A DNA stretch of 64,000 nt from the human T2T-CHM13v2.0 reference genome, Homo sapiens: the NCBI RefSeq assembly GCF_009914755.1, contig NC_060940.1, one strand, 5' to 3'. Under the pieces are notes generated by a model. The model was not told the DNA's origin. It was given only the letters and a program-made list of their open reading frames with translations, and ran no database searches. The first letter of the stretch is position 1, and each line of letters starts with the position of its first letter. This document shows, piece after piece, positions 34,500 to 49,408 of the stretch. Both the position numbers and the translations under genes were made by a program.

Positions 34500-34890
34500 T
34501 GGCAGGCCTTATTGTGTCAGGTGGGCAGGGTCCTGCCTTTCAACATGCAAGAAATCAGCTTAATCCTCTTGTGGTGGCGAAGGCACAGCCGTGTGTGATT
34601 TGGGTTCTTCAACTGAATGCACCCACGTAGGATTTGAGGGAGAGACATAAGTCCAGAAGGAATGGAAACATCAATGTCATTAATTATTCAGCAATGCAGG
34701 TGTTCACATCCAAAGAGTCGTCTTGGTTGTTTTTCCTACTGCCTGTCCTCTCTTTCAGTTCCTGACAGTTCTCCAACCTTCCAGGCATTTTTGAAGGCGT
34801 TCAGATCTCCCTCCTAGGCCTTATTTTTTCTACTTAAGTTATCCAGAGTTGTTTTCAGTTGTTTACAACCAAGAAGCATTACTGATAAAA
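34500..34890 (+). mobile_element. Old ERVL/MaLR LTR (LTR33-like)
   Basis: 3' end cttaagttatccagagttgttttcagttgtttacaaccaagaa...ctgata. Confidence 0.45.
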
Positions 34891-35095
34891 TAATGTAATG
34901 ATGACATACTAGAGTAAAATGAACTTACATGCATGCAAGTTAATTATCAGTATAAAGACTTCAACAATTATTAGCTACAACTTGCATTTTGCAGGACAAG
35001 TAATAGGGGTATCAGAGCAAACAGAGTGACTAAAAATGATTTTTAAAGGAACACAACTGCTTTTTAAGGGAATTAGAAAATATTTAAGGTCTCAC

Positions 35096-35266
35096 TGTGA
35101 TGTTTGATTTTATGTGTCAACTTGACTGTGGTACAAGTCCCCAGACATTCATTCAGACATTATTCTGGGTATGTCTTTGAGGGTGCTTCTTGCTGAGATT
35201 AACACCTGAATTAGTAGACCCGGCAGAGTAGATTGCCCTCCCTAATGTGACTGGGCTTTGTCCAAG
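35096..35266 (+). mobile_element. MLT2 LTR 5' fragment
   Basis: tgtgatg...ttttatgtgtcaacttgact...gattgccctccctaatgtg. Confidence 0.75.
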
Positions 35267-35361
35267 TGTAGGGGAGATGAATTGTCTGCCCATGGGGATG
35301 AGATGTAAAGGAGAAGTCCCAATTCACTTTTTCCTTTTGACTACTGAAGAATATAACTATG

Positions 35362-35999
<638 letters not shown>

Positions 36000-36074
36000 G
36001 CCACCAGGGAAAATAACAACGCTACTTTCAGATATTTTTCTCTTTCTTGCTTTAAGAAACTGATATTTGGCTAA

Positions 36075-36394
<320 letters not shown>

Positions 36395-37202
36395 AAAAAT
36401 CACGAAATGGCTTTTTAAATACCTTCAAACCACCAGTGAATAAGTTGTTGTAGAGCCTGTGACTTAGAATGAATACCTACAGCTATGAGAACTGTGGTTT
36501 CACCGCTCTGCCAACATTCTCTCTGCCTCAATTCCAGCCATGACCTGCAAAAGGGCTCCATTTTCACATTTCCTAGAAATTCTTATCACCATGATGCAAA
36601 CCAGTGACTTTTGATCATTTCATTTCTTTGTGTGTCATTCAGAGGGGTGGAAAGATGAGGAAAAGTCTGAACAGAATGTATAAAATTCTGTGGTCCAGTT
36701 TAGCCATTCACAATATGTAAATAGCCAAGGAGACATGTGTGTTCATGTTTGTGTGCAATGTCTATAAATTATCAGTGGCTAAAGCTCCAAAGACAGTACA
36801 GACCATGAAGACAAGTAGAATCATGATTGGAGAGAAATCCAATGGCAGGTTCACCAATCTGTCCCTGTGCCATTGGCTTTCTGTTAAGAAAATAGCTGTG
36901 TGAATAACTCTTAAAGCTTTGTATTTACTTGGTTACATATGTATAAAAATGTGATTTTTGAATTGTCTGTGAGCACTGGTGAGCTAAATGTTAGATCAAA
37001 CTAAGAGTACAGAGTGTGCTACAGAGAGCAGATATTCACAGCCATTCACCATCATTCTCTTGCTGCACGGTAGGTACTACCCTGGATATATCTCTACTCT
37101 GCTTCCTCTCTTCTCTTATCCTTCCTATTGGCACATGGATGTAATGAGATCTAAGTGAATATATGGAAATATGTGGGTATGAGCATGTGTGAAGGCACAT
37201 GC

Positions 37203-40200
37203 TTTTTATGTATTTTTGTGTTTTTTAGCTTTATTGAGGTATAATTGATAAACAAAAATTGTATATATTTAAAGTGTACAACATGATGTTGTGATATATG
37301 TGTACATTGAGGAAGGATGGCCACAAACTAACATATTTATGGTAGGAATACTTAAGATCAACTCTGTTAGCAAATTTCACCTATAAAATACATTATTATT
37401 AATATACCACCATGCTGTACATTAGGTCTCTAGAACTTATTCGTCTTATAACTGAAAGTTTGTACAATTTTACCAACATTTTACTATTTTCCCAACTCCA
37501 GCCCCTGGTAACCACTTTTCTACCCTGTTTCTATGAGTTCAACTTTTTAAGATTCTGCACGTAAGTAAGATCATGTAGTATTTATGTTTGTGTGTCTAGA
37601 TTATTTCATTTAGCATAATGTCCTCTATGTTCAACTCTGTTGTTGCAAATGGAGGATGTCTTTCTATTTTAAGACCAACCAATATTCCATTGTACACACA
37701 TGTACAATGGAATTGTAGAACACATCCCATGTGTCTTTATTCATTCATCTTTTAACAGACTCTTAGGTTGTTTCCATATCTTGGTTATTGTAAATAATAT
37801 TGTAAAGAACATGGGAGTGAAGATATATCTTCAAGATAGTGATATTATTTCCTTTGGGTATATACCAAGAAGTGGGATTGCTGGATCATATGATAGTTCT
37901 ATATTTAAAATTTAAAGGAACCTCTATACTAATTTCTATAACAGCTGCACAAATTTTCATTACCACCAAAGCGAAAAGGGCTCACTTTTCTCTGCATCTT
38001 AGACAACACTTGTTGTCTTTTGACCTTTTGATAGTAGCCATAATAACAAGCATGAAGTGATATCTCATGGTGGTTTTGATTTACATTTTACTGATGAGTG
38101 ATGTTGAGCATTTCTTCATATAATATTGGTAATTTCTGTCTTGTTTAGAAAAATGTTTTTTTCAGATTCTTAGCCCATTTTTTAATCAGGCTATTTATTT
38201 TTTGCTGTTGAGTTGTATAAGTTCCTTACATATTTTTGTTATTAACTCATTATTGGATAAATGGTTCACAAATATTTTCTCCCATTCAGTAGGTTTCTTT
38301 TTCATTTCATTGATTGTTTCTTTGCTGTTCAGAAACTACTTTTCAGTTTGATGTGGTCCTACTTGTTTATTTTTGGCTTGATTGCTTGTGCTTTTGGTAT
38401 CATATCCAAAAACTCACTGCTGAAACCAATGCATGGAGCTTTTCCTCTAAGTTTTCTCCTAAGAGTTTTAAGGTTTCAGGTATTATGGATAAGACTTTTA
38501 TCCATTTTGTGTTGAACTTTGTGTAAAGTATAAAATAAGAATTCAATTTTATTTTGTTTTGTTTTGTGTGGCTATTCAGTTTTCTCAACACTATTTACTG
38601 AAGAGATTATACATTTCCCATTGTGTATACTTGGTGCCATATGCTTGTTTTTGTGCCAGTGCTGTATTGTTATACTGTACCTTTGTAATATAATTTAAAA
38701 TAAAGAAGTCTGATGCCTCTGCTTTTGTTCTTCTTAATCAAGATTATTTTAGCTTTTTGAGATCTTTCACAATTTTAATTTGAAGATATATTTTTTCTAT
38801 TTCTGTCAAAAATACTATCATAATTTTAATAAGTACTACATTGATTTTGTTGATTATAAAGATTAGTATAAACATTTTGACAATATTGATTCTTCCAGTC
38901 TATGAACATGAGATATCTTTTCATTCATTTTTATCTTTTCCAATTTGTTTTATCAATGTTTACATTTTTCAGTGTACAAATCTTTCACCCCTTTGGTTAA
39001 TTTACTCTTGTGCATTTTATTCTTTTTGATGCTTTTGTAGATGGGATAATTTTCTTAATTTTGGAGGGATAGTGTATAGAAATGCAACTAATTTTTGTGT
39101 TTTGATTTTTGTATCCTACAACTTAGTGAATTCGTATGTTAGTTCTGTTTTTGGTGGAGTATTTAGGATTTCTATATATAAGAATGTGTCATCTGCAAAC
39201 AAAAACAAGTTAACTTCTGACTTTCTGATTTGGGTGTCTTTTATTTCTTTTTCTTGATTAATTGATCTGGCTATACTTCCTGTTGAATAGAGGTATCAAA
39301 AGTGGGAATCCTTGCCTTGTCCCTGATCTTAGAGAAAAAGCTTTCAAATTTTCACTGTTGTGTATGATGTTATCTCTGAGCTTATAATATATGACTTTTA
39401 TTGTGTTGAGGCACATTTCTCTATAGCTAATTTGTTGACAGTTTCTATCCTGAAAGGATATTAAATTTTTTCAAACACTCTTTCTGCATTTATTGAGACA
39501 ATCATATAATTTTTATATTTTATTCTGTTAATGTGGTGTATCACATTTATTGATGCATAGGTTGAACCATCATTGCTTCTTGGGGATAAACTCTGCTTGA
39601 TTATGAATAATGATACCTTTACTGTGCTGTTGAATTTGTTTGCTAGGATTTTGTTGAAGATTTTTTAAATCTATGTTAATCAGAAATATTCTCCTGTTAT
39701 TTTCTTTTCCTAGTGTTCTTGTTTGGCTTTGGTATCGGTATCAGGGTAATATGGGTGTTGTAAAATATGTTTGGAAGTGTTTTATTCCCTTCATTTTTTG
39801 GAAGACTTTGAGAAAGATTGGTATTAATTTTTACTTAAATGTTTGGTAGAATTAGCCAGTGAAGTCATCAAGTCCTGGAATTTTCTTTGATGGAAGACTT
39901 TTGATTACTGATTCAATCTCCTTACTCATTATTAGTCTGTTCTGATTTTCTGTTTATGATTCACTTTTAGTAGGGCATATGTTTCTAGGAATTTGGCTAT
40001 TTTTCTAGGTTATCCAATTTGTTGGCATATAATTATTCCTAGTAATTTCTAATGATCCTTTGTATTTCTGTGGTATCAGGTGTAATATATTCTCTTTCAT
40101 TTTGAATTCTATGTATTTGAGTCTTCTTTTTTCTTAATCTTGATGAAGTTTTGTCAATGTCATTTATGTTTCAAAAGAATACCTCAGTTTTGTTTATATT

Positions 40201-43200
40201 TTTATAGTGTGTTTCAGTCTGTATTTCATTTATTTCTGCTCTGATCTTTGTTATTTACTTCCTTCTACTAACTTTCGGCTGAGTGTGTTCTTTTTCCTAT
40301 CCCATGAGGTGTAATATTATTTATTTGAGATATTTCTTCCTTTTTAATGTAGGCATTTATTACTGTTCCCTCTTAGAAATACTTTTGTTGCATCCCATAA
40401 CTTTTGTGTGTTGAATTTTATTTATCTCAAAATATTTTAAATTTCCCTTTTGATTTCTTTTTTGACTTCTTCATTGATGAGGATTGTGTTATTTAATTTC
40501 CACATATTTATATATTTTCTAATTTTTCTCTTGTTATTGATTTCTAGTTTTATACCATTATGTTTGGGAAAGATGCTTTTTATGATTTCAGTCTTCTTAA
40601 ATTGTTAAGAGTTGTTTTGTGGCCTAATCTATGATTTATCCTGGGGAATGTTTTGTGTATGCTTGAGATAAATATGTATTCTGCTGCTGTTGGATGTTAT
40701 GTTCTGTGTATATCTGTTGGTTCCATTTAGTGTAAAGTACGGTTTAAGTCCAATGTTTTCTTACTGATTTTCCTGTCTGGATGATATATCCATTGTTAAA
40801 AGTGATGTATAGTAATCCTTTACAATTATTGCATTACTGTATTTTTCCTGTCAGACATCTTAATATTTGCTTCATTTATTCATTTGCTCCTATTTTGGGT
40901 ACATCTATATTTACAATTGTTATATCCTCTTGAGAAATGGACCCCTTTATTATTATGTAACAGCCCTCTTTATCTCTTTTTCTACTTTTTGACTTAAAGT
41001 CTATTTTGTTTTCTGATATAAGTACAGCTACTCCTGCTCTCTTGGTTTCCATTTGCTTGGAAAATCTTTTCCCATTACTTCATTTTCAGCCTGTGTGTGT
41101 CCTTATAGGGGAAGTGAGTCTTTTTAAGGTCGTCATATAATTGGATCTTTTTATTTTATCAATTCAGACACTGAATGTTTTTATTGGAGATTTTAATCTA
41201 TTTACATTATTGATAGGTATTACTGCCATTTTGATAATTGTTTTCTGGCTGCTTTGTAGATTCTTTGTTCTTTTCTTCCTCTCTTGCTCTCTTCCTTTTT
41301 AATCTTATCCTTTAATTATTTTCTCCTTATCTTTTGTGTATCTACTATAGATTTTTGCTTTGTAGTTACCGTAAGGCTTACATAAAACATTTTAGAGTTA
41401 TAAAGAGCTATTTTAAGCTAATAGCTTTACTTCAATCATATATAAAAACTGCACTCACTCCCAATAGTATGCTGCTTAGATCACAATTTATATCTTTTTA
41501 GACTGTGTACCTATTGTTATCATAGCTATAATTATTTTTAATACATTTGTTTTTTAAGACAATATACTTTCCATTTCATGTGCGTTTTGTACTTTCATAT
41601 GTTTTTATGTTACAAGTTAGTGTCATTTTCTTTCAACTCTTTATCATTTTGTGTAAAACAGCTCTAGTAATGATAAACCTCCTCAGCTTGTGTTCATTTG
41701 GAGAAGTCTTTATCTCCCTTTCATTTCTGAACAACAGTTTTGCTGGGTAAAGCATTTTTGGTTGGCAGTTTGTTATTCTTTTAGCACTTTACATATATCA
41801 TCCTACTTTTCCTTGGCCTGCAAGGTTTCGCTGATAAATCCACTGATAGCCTGATGGAATTTCCTTATATATCATTAGCCTCTTTTCTCTTGGTGCTTTC
41901 AAAATTCTCTCTTTATCTTTGATTTGTGTGTGTGTGTGTGTTCGTAATCTTTTATTGGAGTTTGATTCTATGTCTTGGTAAAGTCTTCTTTGGATTGAAG
42001 CTTATTGGAAATCTTGGAGCTTCATATACCTAGATGCTCATACCTCTACCTACATTTGAGAAGTTTTCAGCCATTATTTTTGTAAATAAGCTTTCTAGGC
42101 CTTTCTGTTTTTCTTCTCTTTATTATACAACCATTATGCAAAAGTTAGCTGTAATGATGGTATCCATAAATTTCATAGTCTTCCTTCATTCATTTTCATT
42201 CTTTTTTTTCTCCTTCCACTGGATATGTTCAAATAATCTGCCTTTGAGTTCACAAATTCTTTTTGTTTGCTTGGTCAAGTCTGCTGCTAATGTTTTCTAC
42301 TGCATTTTAAATTTCATTCACTGTCTTTTTCAGTTACAGAATTTTCTTTGGTTCTTTTTTATGATATATATCTTTTTACTGAACTTCCAATTTTGTTTAC
42401 ATATTGCTTTTCCATTTTTATTGACTTGCCTATCTGTGTTCTCTTGTAGCTCACTGAGCTTCCATTGAACAATTATTTTGAATTCTCAGGCAATTTGTCT
42501 AACTCCATTTCTTTGGAAGTGTTAGTAGAATATTTTTGTGTTCTTTTGGTGGTGTCTTGCTTCTGGAATTTTCTTGATCTGTGAGTCTTGTGTTGCTTTA
42601 TTCACATTTAAAGAACTCATCTCCTCCAGTTTTTACTGACTGACTACAGGAAAGAAATACCTTCACCAAACATCTCAGGAATTTCAAGGCTCTTTCAGAT
42701 CTTTTCTATAGATGTGACTGCTCTACATGTCTTGTTTTCTATGAGGGGGAATTCTTAATACCGTATGCCTTCTCTTGAACCTTCAAAGCTGGTGCTGATA
42801 CCCTCCTGTTGTTTTGGGGGTGGCACCCTAAAGTACTCAAGTTTGTGTACTTTTTCCCAGTCATGCAAAGTTGGGATGTCTGTACAAGCTGCTTGCAGTT
42901 GTCATTCACAAGGGTGTTTCTGATGAGCTGTCCTGGGTGAAAGAGTGAGGCACATTGAGCCTTTGAGGAGCCTGCTGGCCAGTTAGAAGGAGTTCACAGG
43001 TGACGCTTGCTAAGTGACTGATGGGTGGGCTTCCTGATGGAGTCTGTGGAGGGGTTAGTAGGGTCTGGAGTTTCACTTCTGTGCTCCCAGTCCCTCTCAA
43101 CCATTCAGACATGTTGATTACTTCAGTATTTTGGGCACGATGAGAAAAATATGGGCCTCTTGAGCAATACTCCAGGTAGCTGAAGGAGTCAGATGCTCTC

Positions 43201-43323
43201 TCACTATGCTGTAACTTTCCCTTGTGGGAGAAACAGCAAACAAGTAGGGTGTCTCTCGGCACTGAGCGATGCTGTCTCAGGGGTGGAAAACTCCTTTCCT
43301 GCCATTTTGCTGACATCACCTCT
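37203..43323 (-). mobile_element. Near full-span old L1MA (about MA7-9), decayed
   Basis: 3' end ctttattgaggtataattg; colinear ORF2 and ORF1 remnants; 5' terminus (reverse complement) agaggtgatgtcagcaaaatggcagg. Confidence 0.82.
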
Positions 43324-43357
43324 ATAGATACCTTTCAGATGTTTTATTAAAAGCTTA

Positions 43358-43646
<289 letters not shown>

Positions 43647-44086
43647 TTAATGATGAGTAGGTACAGAAAATAAATGTACAAAATGTATATGAGATTCGTG
43701 TTCTGATGACATACATTTAAAAATATGTTATGTATTGCTTCGTGTATTACTTCAACAAATATTAACTGCCAAATTTGTTTCAGGCTTGAATCAACGATGC
43801 AGAATGCTGAGAATAAAGTGATAAGTGATGCGTAACCCTTACCCTTGGGGAAACAAAATGTGTTTCTTTTAGCTAGACAGATGAAATTAATAAAACCTGG
43901 GGCATAAGATGAGTTATACTAAAGAGTTTAGCCTTTTCCCAAAGACTCTGGAAAGCAGATAGAGAATCTGGTTCATGTAATTACATGTTTATATAGGAAA
44001 TATCACTCTGGTTTTAGGTAAAAATGAAGGGAGGGGAAAAAGAGTGAGAGTGAAGTATGGAGATCAGAATGGAGTTGATACAGTCA

Positions 44087-44412
<326 letters not shown>

Positions 44413-44799
44413 TCAAAGGTGGGATATGATAGCTCCCAAATTAGGGCTCATGACTATGAATTAAGGAAAGTAGATGCATTTTAGAAATATTTATGATGTG
44501 AACTTGCCTAATTTGGTTAGTAGATATTGCAGAGATAAGAAAGAAAAAAGAGATTTTAAAAAAGCTTTATAGCAAATTAATGGGACACCCAAGTTAAACA
44601 TTTAACCAGTTTTTTATATACAGTCTTGAAACGTCCTAAAGATGGAAGTTTTCACTTGTCAGTTCATATATGTAGTATCATAATTAGTCTACTCATGTTG
44701 TGTTAATTTAGTATTTAATACTTTAAATAAGAAATATGAGGCAATAGCTCGTATTATGAAACTTTTTTCAACCTGCACAGAAAAGGTTTTGAAACCTAG

Positions 44800-45778
44800 T
44801 GTATTAGCTATTGCTTAAAACAATACAATTTATTATCTCATGTTTTCTGTGTCATGAGTTGAAGAATAATTTAGTTTGGGTCCCGTTTAGGGTTTAACAA
44901 AGCTGCAATCAATATGTTAGCCAGAGTACTAGTCTCATCTAAGGCTCAGTTGAAGAAGGAACTTCCTTTAAGCTCATGTGATTGTTGGCAAAATTCAGTC
45001 TTCTTGCAGGTTATCGGAATGAGGGTTATGACTTTTTTACCAGCTGCTGGACAGAGGCCACCCTCAGTTGGTTGTCATGTGGCCCTCTCCATATTCTAAC
45101 TCACAAGATGCTCCGACCTCCCGCCTGTGCGCCCCAGTGGCGCGAACCGGAGTGCGCCTGCGCGCGGGCCACAAAGCGCTTGCAGCCGGGAGCTGCGCGG
45201 CCGCGCTGAGAGTCACGTGGTGCGCCAGGAAGCCGCCTAGCTTCTTGGAGAGCTCACTGCCTCGCTCCGCTCCTTTCCTGGCGGGAGGCTCTGAGCCACC
45301 CCCACCTGCGCAGGGCGGCCAGGGGTGAGTGTCCACTAGGAGCGTCGCGCCCACCCGGACTGTCCACGCTGGGGCGCAGGCCGTCAGAATGTCTTGCCCG
45401 GACCAGGGGACAAAATGGCGGCAGGGTGCGCCTCTTTAACTTACACAATACTTTATCACTCTTAAAACTTGAAGTTAGTTTCAGACTTGTTTATTTTTCA
45501 CATTCTGTTTATTTGAAACTGACAAAAAGCAAGAAAACATATTGGAAATACACCAATGGCAGCTGGTTTCTTAAAAGCCAGCAAGGAAAATAGTGTCTTC
45601 TAGGAAGACAGCTGTTAAAATCTTACATGTCATAATTACATATAGCATGTCACTTTTGCTGTATTCTACAGGTTAAAACAAAGTCACAAGTCTGACCCAC
45701 ACTCAAAGGGAGAAGATTATGCAAGAGCAAAAGCACGAGATGGAAACCATGGGGCCATCTTATAGTCTGTCTGCCGGA
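44800..45778 (-). mobile_element. MLT1F/G-like MaLR LTR split into 44800-45110 and 45556-45778
   Basis: The halves rejoin as ...ctcacaagatg|gcagctggtttcttaaaagccagcaagg, matching MLT1 ctcacaacatggcagctggcttc. Confidence 0.82.
45111..45433. promoter_or_regulatory. CpG-island-like promoter fragment inserted in the MLT1
   Basis: About 34 CpG in about 320 bp (hand count), GC about 70%; NRF1 gcgcctgcgc 45154-45163, USF/E-box gtcacgtgg 45212-45220, ETS caggaag 45226-45232, YY1 caaaatggcggc 45411-45422, donor gtgagt 45325-45330. Confidence 0.75.
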
Positions 45779-46935
45779 GAAAGATGAACACAAATCCTGT
45801 GAGTCTCTAGATTGTGTTTTTTCTATATATGCTCAAAGATTTAAGGATAAAATGATACCTAAACCAAAACAATAGTATATTATACACATACCTTTCTTGT
45901 TTTAGCCTTACATGTTTGCTTTTCAGTATATCAAAAGTTGTGTTTGTCAACTTCAAATAAGTAATTATCCAGATATATTGACTCACGGAAAATACAACAT
46001 TATTTTCCAAAGCAGTGAAAATTGTGCTTTGCAGCTCTGGAGATGCTACTTTGAGCAAAAAAAAATAAGCTTAGAAAAAAATGTGCCTAAGTATCAGGGT
46101 GTCTTGTAATTCAATTCAAATTCTTAAAGCTTCTTTCTGTTCTAATATTCTTTGGTATAATCCCTGATGAGTATTCTGTGTATATGGTAACACAAACAGG
46201 CTTAAATTTGGGACAATTTTAATACTGACTGGTAAGAAACTTATAGAAGAGATGAAAGAGCTGTTCTTACTGTTGCTTGTTCATCTTTTCTCCTAAGTCT
46301 TATTGAGCAGAATGAGAAGAAAATAACTCCTAATACACATCACATAAGCAATGCATATAGACTACGTGTACTGTCATTCATAAAATTTGTCTCTAACAGC
46401 AACTATGCCAAAGCTACCAATGTTGCAGCCCATTTAGTCTTCTGTAATGCTTTTCATTCCTTAATTCTCTTGGCCGTGTTCTTGCCTATCTAAGACCAGT
46501 TACAAAAGATAGTTTACTTTCATTTTTTCTCCTTTTCCCATAGTTTCACATCATTTAGGTAGAGCAGCAACTCCCAAGTGTTCCTGTAATTATTTAGCAT
46601 AGAATTCTAAAGTATCCGGAAATGCAAAATTCTGTAATACTGTCCAATTGTTAATTTAATCACACATATACGAAAGAATTAAAAAACCTACAATGCTATT
46701 GCTAGCATGAGTGCTCCAAAATAAATTAGGCATGACTCTTGCCATCAAGGGGCATCCAATCTATTTTGAAAAATATATCTATGAAACAAAGCCTCGTGTT
46801 CAAAGTGCTGTGAGACTAACAGTAACAGAAGAGCAATGGTAAAACTACTAACAACTTAGTGTCAGGAACGGTATATACTTTTTACATGAATCATCTAGTT
46901 TAAAATTAGTCCCAATTCTGTGAGGATGAGTTCAC

Positions 46936-47468
46936 TTTATTAGTTTTTTTTATTGTGACTATTAAAAATTAACACAATTTTAGTGACTTAAAGCAGTATA
47001 AATTTATTATTTTACAGTTTTGTAGATCCAGGTCTAGCACAGGTTTTACTGGGCTAAAATTGAGGTGTGGCCAGGGCTGTGTTTCTCTCTGGAGGCCCTA
47101 GGAGACAATGTCTTTCTTTGCTCATTTAGATTTTTGGCAGAATTCAGTTATATGTGGTTGTAGGACTGAGGTCTTCATTTCCTTGCTTCTAGGAGCTACC
47201 CACATTCTATGATTCATGGCCTCTCTCTCCATCTTTAAAGCCACCTATAGTTGGTCAAGTCTTTGTCTTGCATCTGACATATTCATCTGCCTTGTTCTTG
47301 TGCTTTTAGAAACCCATGTGATTAGATTGTACCTACTTTAGTATTCAAAGATAATCTCATCTCAGGAAGATTTACTCTTGTCTACACAGTTCCTTTTGTG
47401 GTATAAGGCAGTATATTCACAGAAAATTAGGGTGTGGACATCTTTGGTGTCCACTATCTACCAACACA
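46936..47468 (-). mobile_element. MLT1E-like MaLR LTR inside a MIR relic
   Basis: ctgggctaaaattgaggtgtggccagggctg...ttggcagaattcagtt...gtaggactgaggtc...tgtggacatcttt. Confidence 0.78.
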
Positions 47469-48109
47469 GCAATCACTGTAGCCATTTAAAAGATGAGAAA
47501 AGTCATTTCCAAAGCTAAAAAGGACATTATTTAGACCCAGGGTGTATAATCTGTTTCAAGGCAATAATTAGAATCCATAATGAGTAGAGTAGAGACACAG
47601 AGGTGGGGCTCTATGTGGGTGGGGATGCTTATATTCTTCAAAGTTTAGCGATCACCATTTTTTGTTTTTGCAGTAAAAGTACTATAAACTCGACTGAAGG
47701 ATATTTTATCCTCAACTAAGGGCACAGGTTTATACATGGGTGGATAAACACTAGTCAAATTTCTCTGTTTTTATGTTCTCCAAAATCTGTTCTGTGGTCC
47801 ATGCTATCATATTAATATATGCGTGCAATGACCTTTTCACATATTCAGACTCATCCATACCTTACTATCATGTTTAAGTATAATAGCAGTTATTTAATCT
47901 AACTTCTGTATACAAATGTCCTGAACAAACTGGTCTCTCAGTGTTTTTTTCTGTTATCTGTTGACTTGTGCCTTAGATGATCTTCCTTTTTCCTGCCTTT
48001 GTCCTTCCATTTACACCAGCTGAATTATATGTTTGTCAAGAATTGGTTCTGTTCTCTTCAAAACTGCTTATGCTACTTGCAGTGGTTACGTGTTTTAATT
48101 AAAAACCAA

Positions 48110-48500
48110 AAATATGATTAAATGAGTTTAAAGTAGAGGAAGTTTGTGGTTCAATTTAAAATGAAATTAGAAGCTTTAGAGAGACTCTAAAGAGTAGATT
48201 TAAAATCTCACGAAATTAGGTGTCGAGGAGATAACTGTAGAAGACCAGAAAAATATTTGGATGAATTTAGCCCTCAGAATGACCCAAAAAATGTCTGATT
48301 TTTCACTCGGTTTGAAATGATGTAGAACTGGGACTCTAAAGAGATGCGTTATGCATTATTTGGATCTTGAGAAAATTAGAGAGACGGTATTGGATCACAG
48401 TCACAGAAAGGCCTTATATATTTTTCCAAGGACTATTAGGGGATAAATATATACATTTATGAGTTTGAAGTTAAAATATTAAGTCGATATCATTATTATG
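48110..48500 (+). mobile_element. Tigger13-like TcMar relic
   Basis: gctttagagagactc...aaattaggtgtcgaggagataactgtagaaga...agaaaggcctta resembles a recalled Tigger13a transposase start. Confidence 0.55.
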
Positions 48501-49321
48501 GTTCAGGTTTTAGTTAAATTTTAAATGACATATAATATACAATTTACATACTATAAAATTACCCTTTAAAGTATACAATTTATTTTTAATATATTTATAA
48601 AGCTGTCAACTACTGTTAGAAGAGCCATTCCTTGCTCCTCTCCTCCAGCTACTGGCAACCACTAATCTACTTTGTGTCTCAATGGGATTGTATATTCTGG
48701 GCATTTCATATAAATTGAATCAAACAATATGTAGCCTTGTGTGGTTGGTTTCTTTCACTTAGCATGTTTTCAAGGTTCGTGCACGTTCTTACATGAATCA
48801 GTAGTGCATTCCTTTTTATGGCTGAATAATATTTAATTTATGGATATAACAAATTTTGTCTATTCATCAGTTGATAGACATGGAATTTTTCACTTTTTGG
48901 CAATTATGAACAGTGCTGTGCGGAATATTCATGTATGAGCTTTTGCGTGGACAAATATTTTCAGTTCTCTTGGGGGCATACCTAGGAGTAAAATTGCTGA
49001 GTGATATGGCAATTCTATATTTAACTTTCTAGGGCAATATCTGCTTTCCAGAGAATTGCATATTTTACATTCACACAAGCAACATATCAGGGATTTGATT
49101 TCTCTACATCCTTGCCAACACTTTTTATTTTCTGCCTTTTAAAATTATAGCCATCTAAGAGAATGTCAAGTGGTATGTCACTGAGGTTTTAACTTGCATT
49201 TCACTAACGACTATTGATTTTGAAGATTTTTAAACATTAGTCACATATATGTCTTCTTTGAAGAAATGTCCACTGAAATCCTTTGCTTCTCCTTGTTTTT
49301 GTGCCATTTTTGAATGTTCTT

Positions 49322-49408
49322 TTTTATTTTTTAATTGACAAATAAAACATGTATTTGTTGTGTATCATATGATGTTTTGAAATACATTTACATTGTAGAA
49401 TGGTTTAA
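49322..49408 (-). mobile_element. Very short L1MA 3' end
   Basis: tttaattgacaaataaaa...cattgtagaatgg; TSD aatgttctt at 49313-49321 and 49409-49417. Confidence 0.7.

Noticed and set aside
42902-42950. Hammerhead-like ctgatga...gaaa with a tcattc/gagtga stem
   Set aside because: The required U of the cleavage triplet is A, stems I and II are very weak, and it lies in an L1 5' region
44982-45448. Overlapping ORFs on both strands of the CpG block
   Set aside because: Stop-poor GC-rich DNA; no recognisable protein
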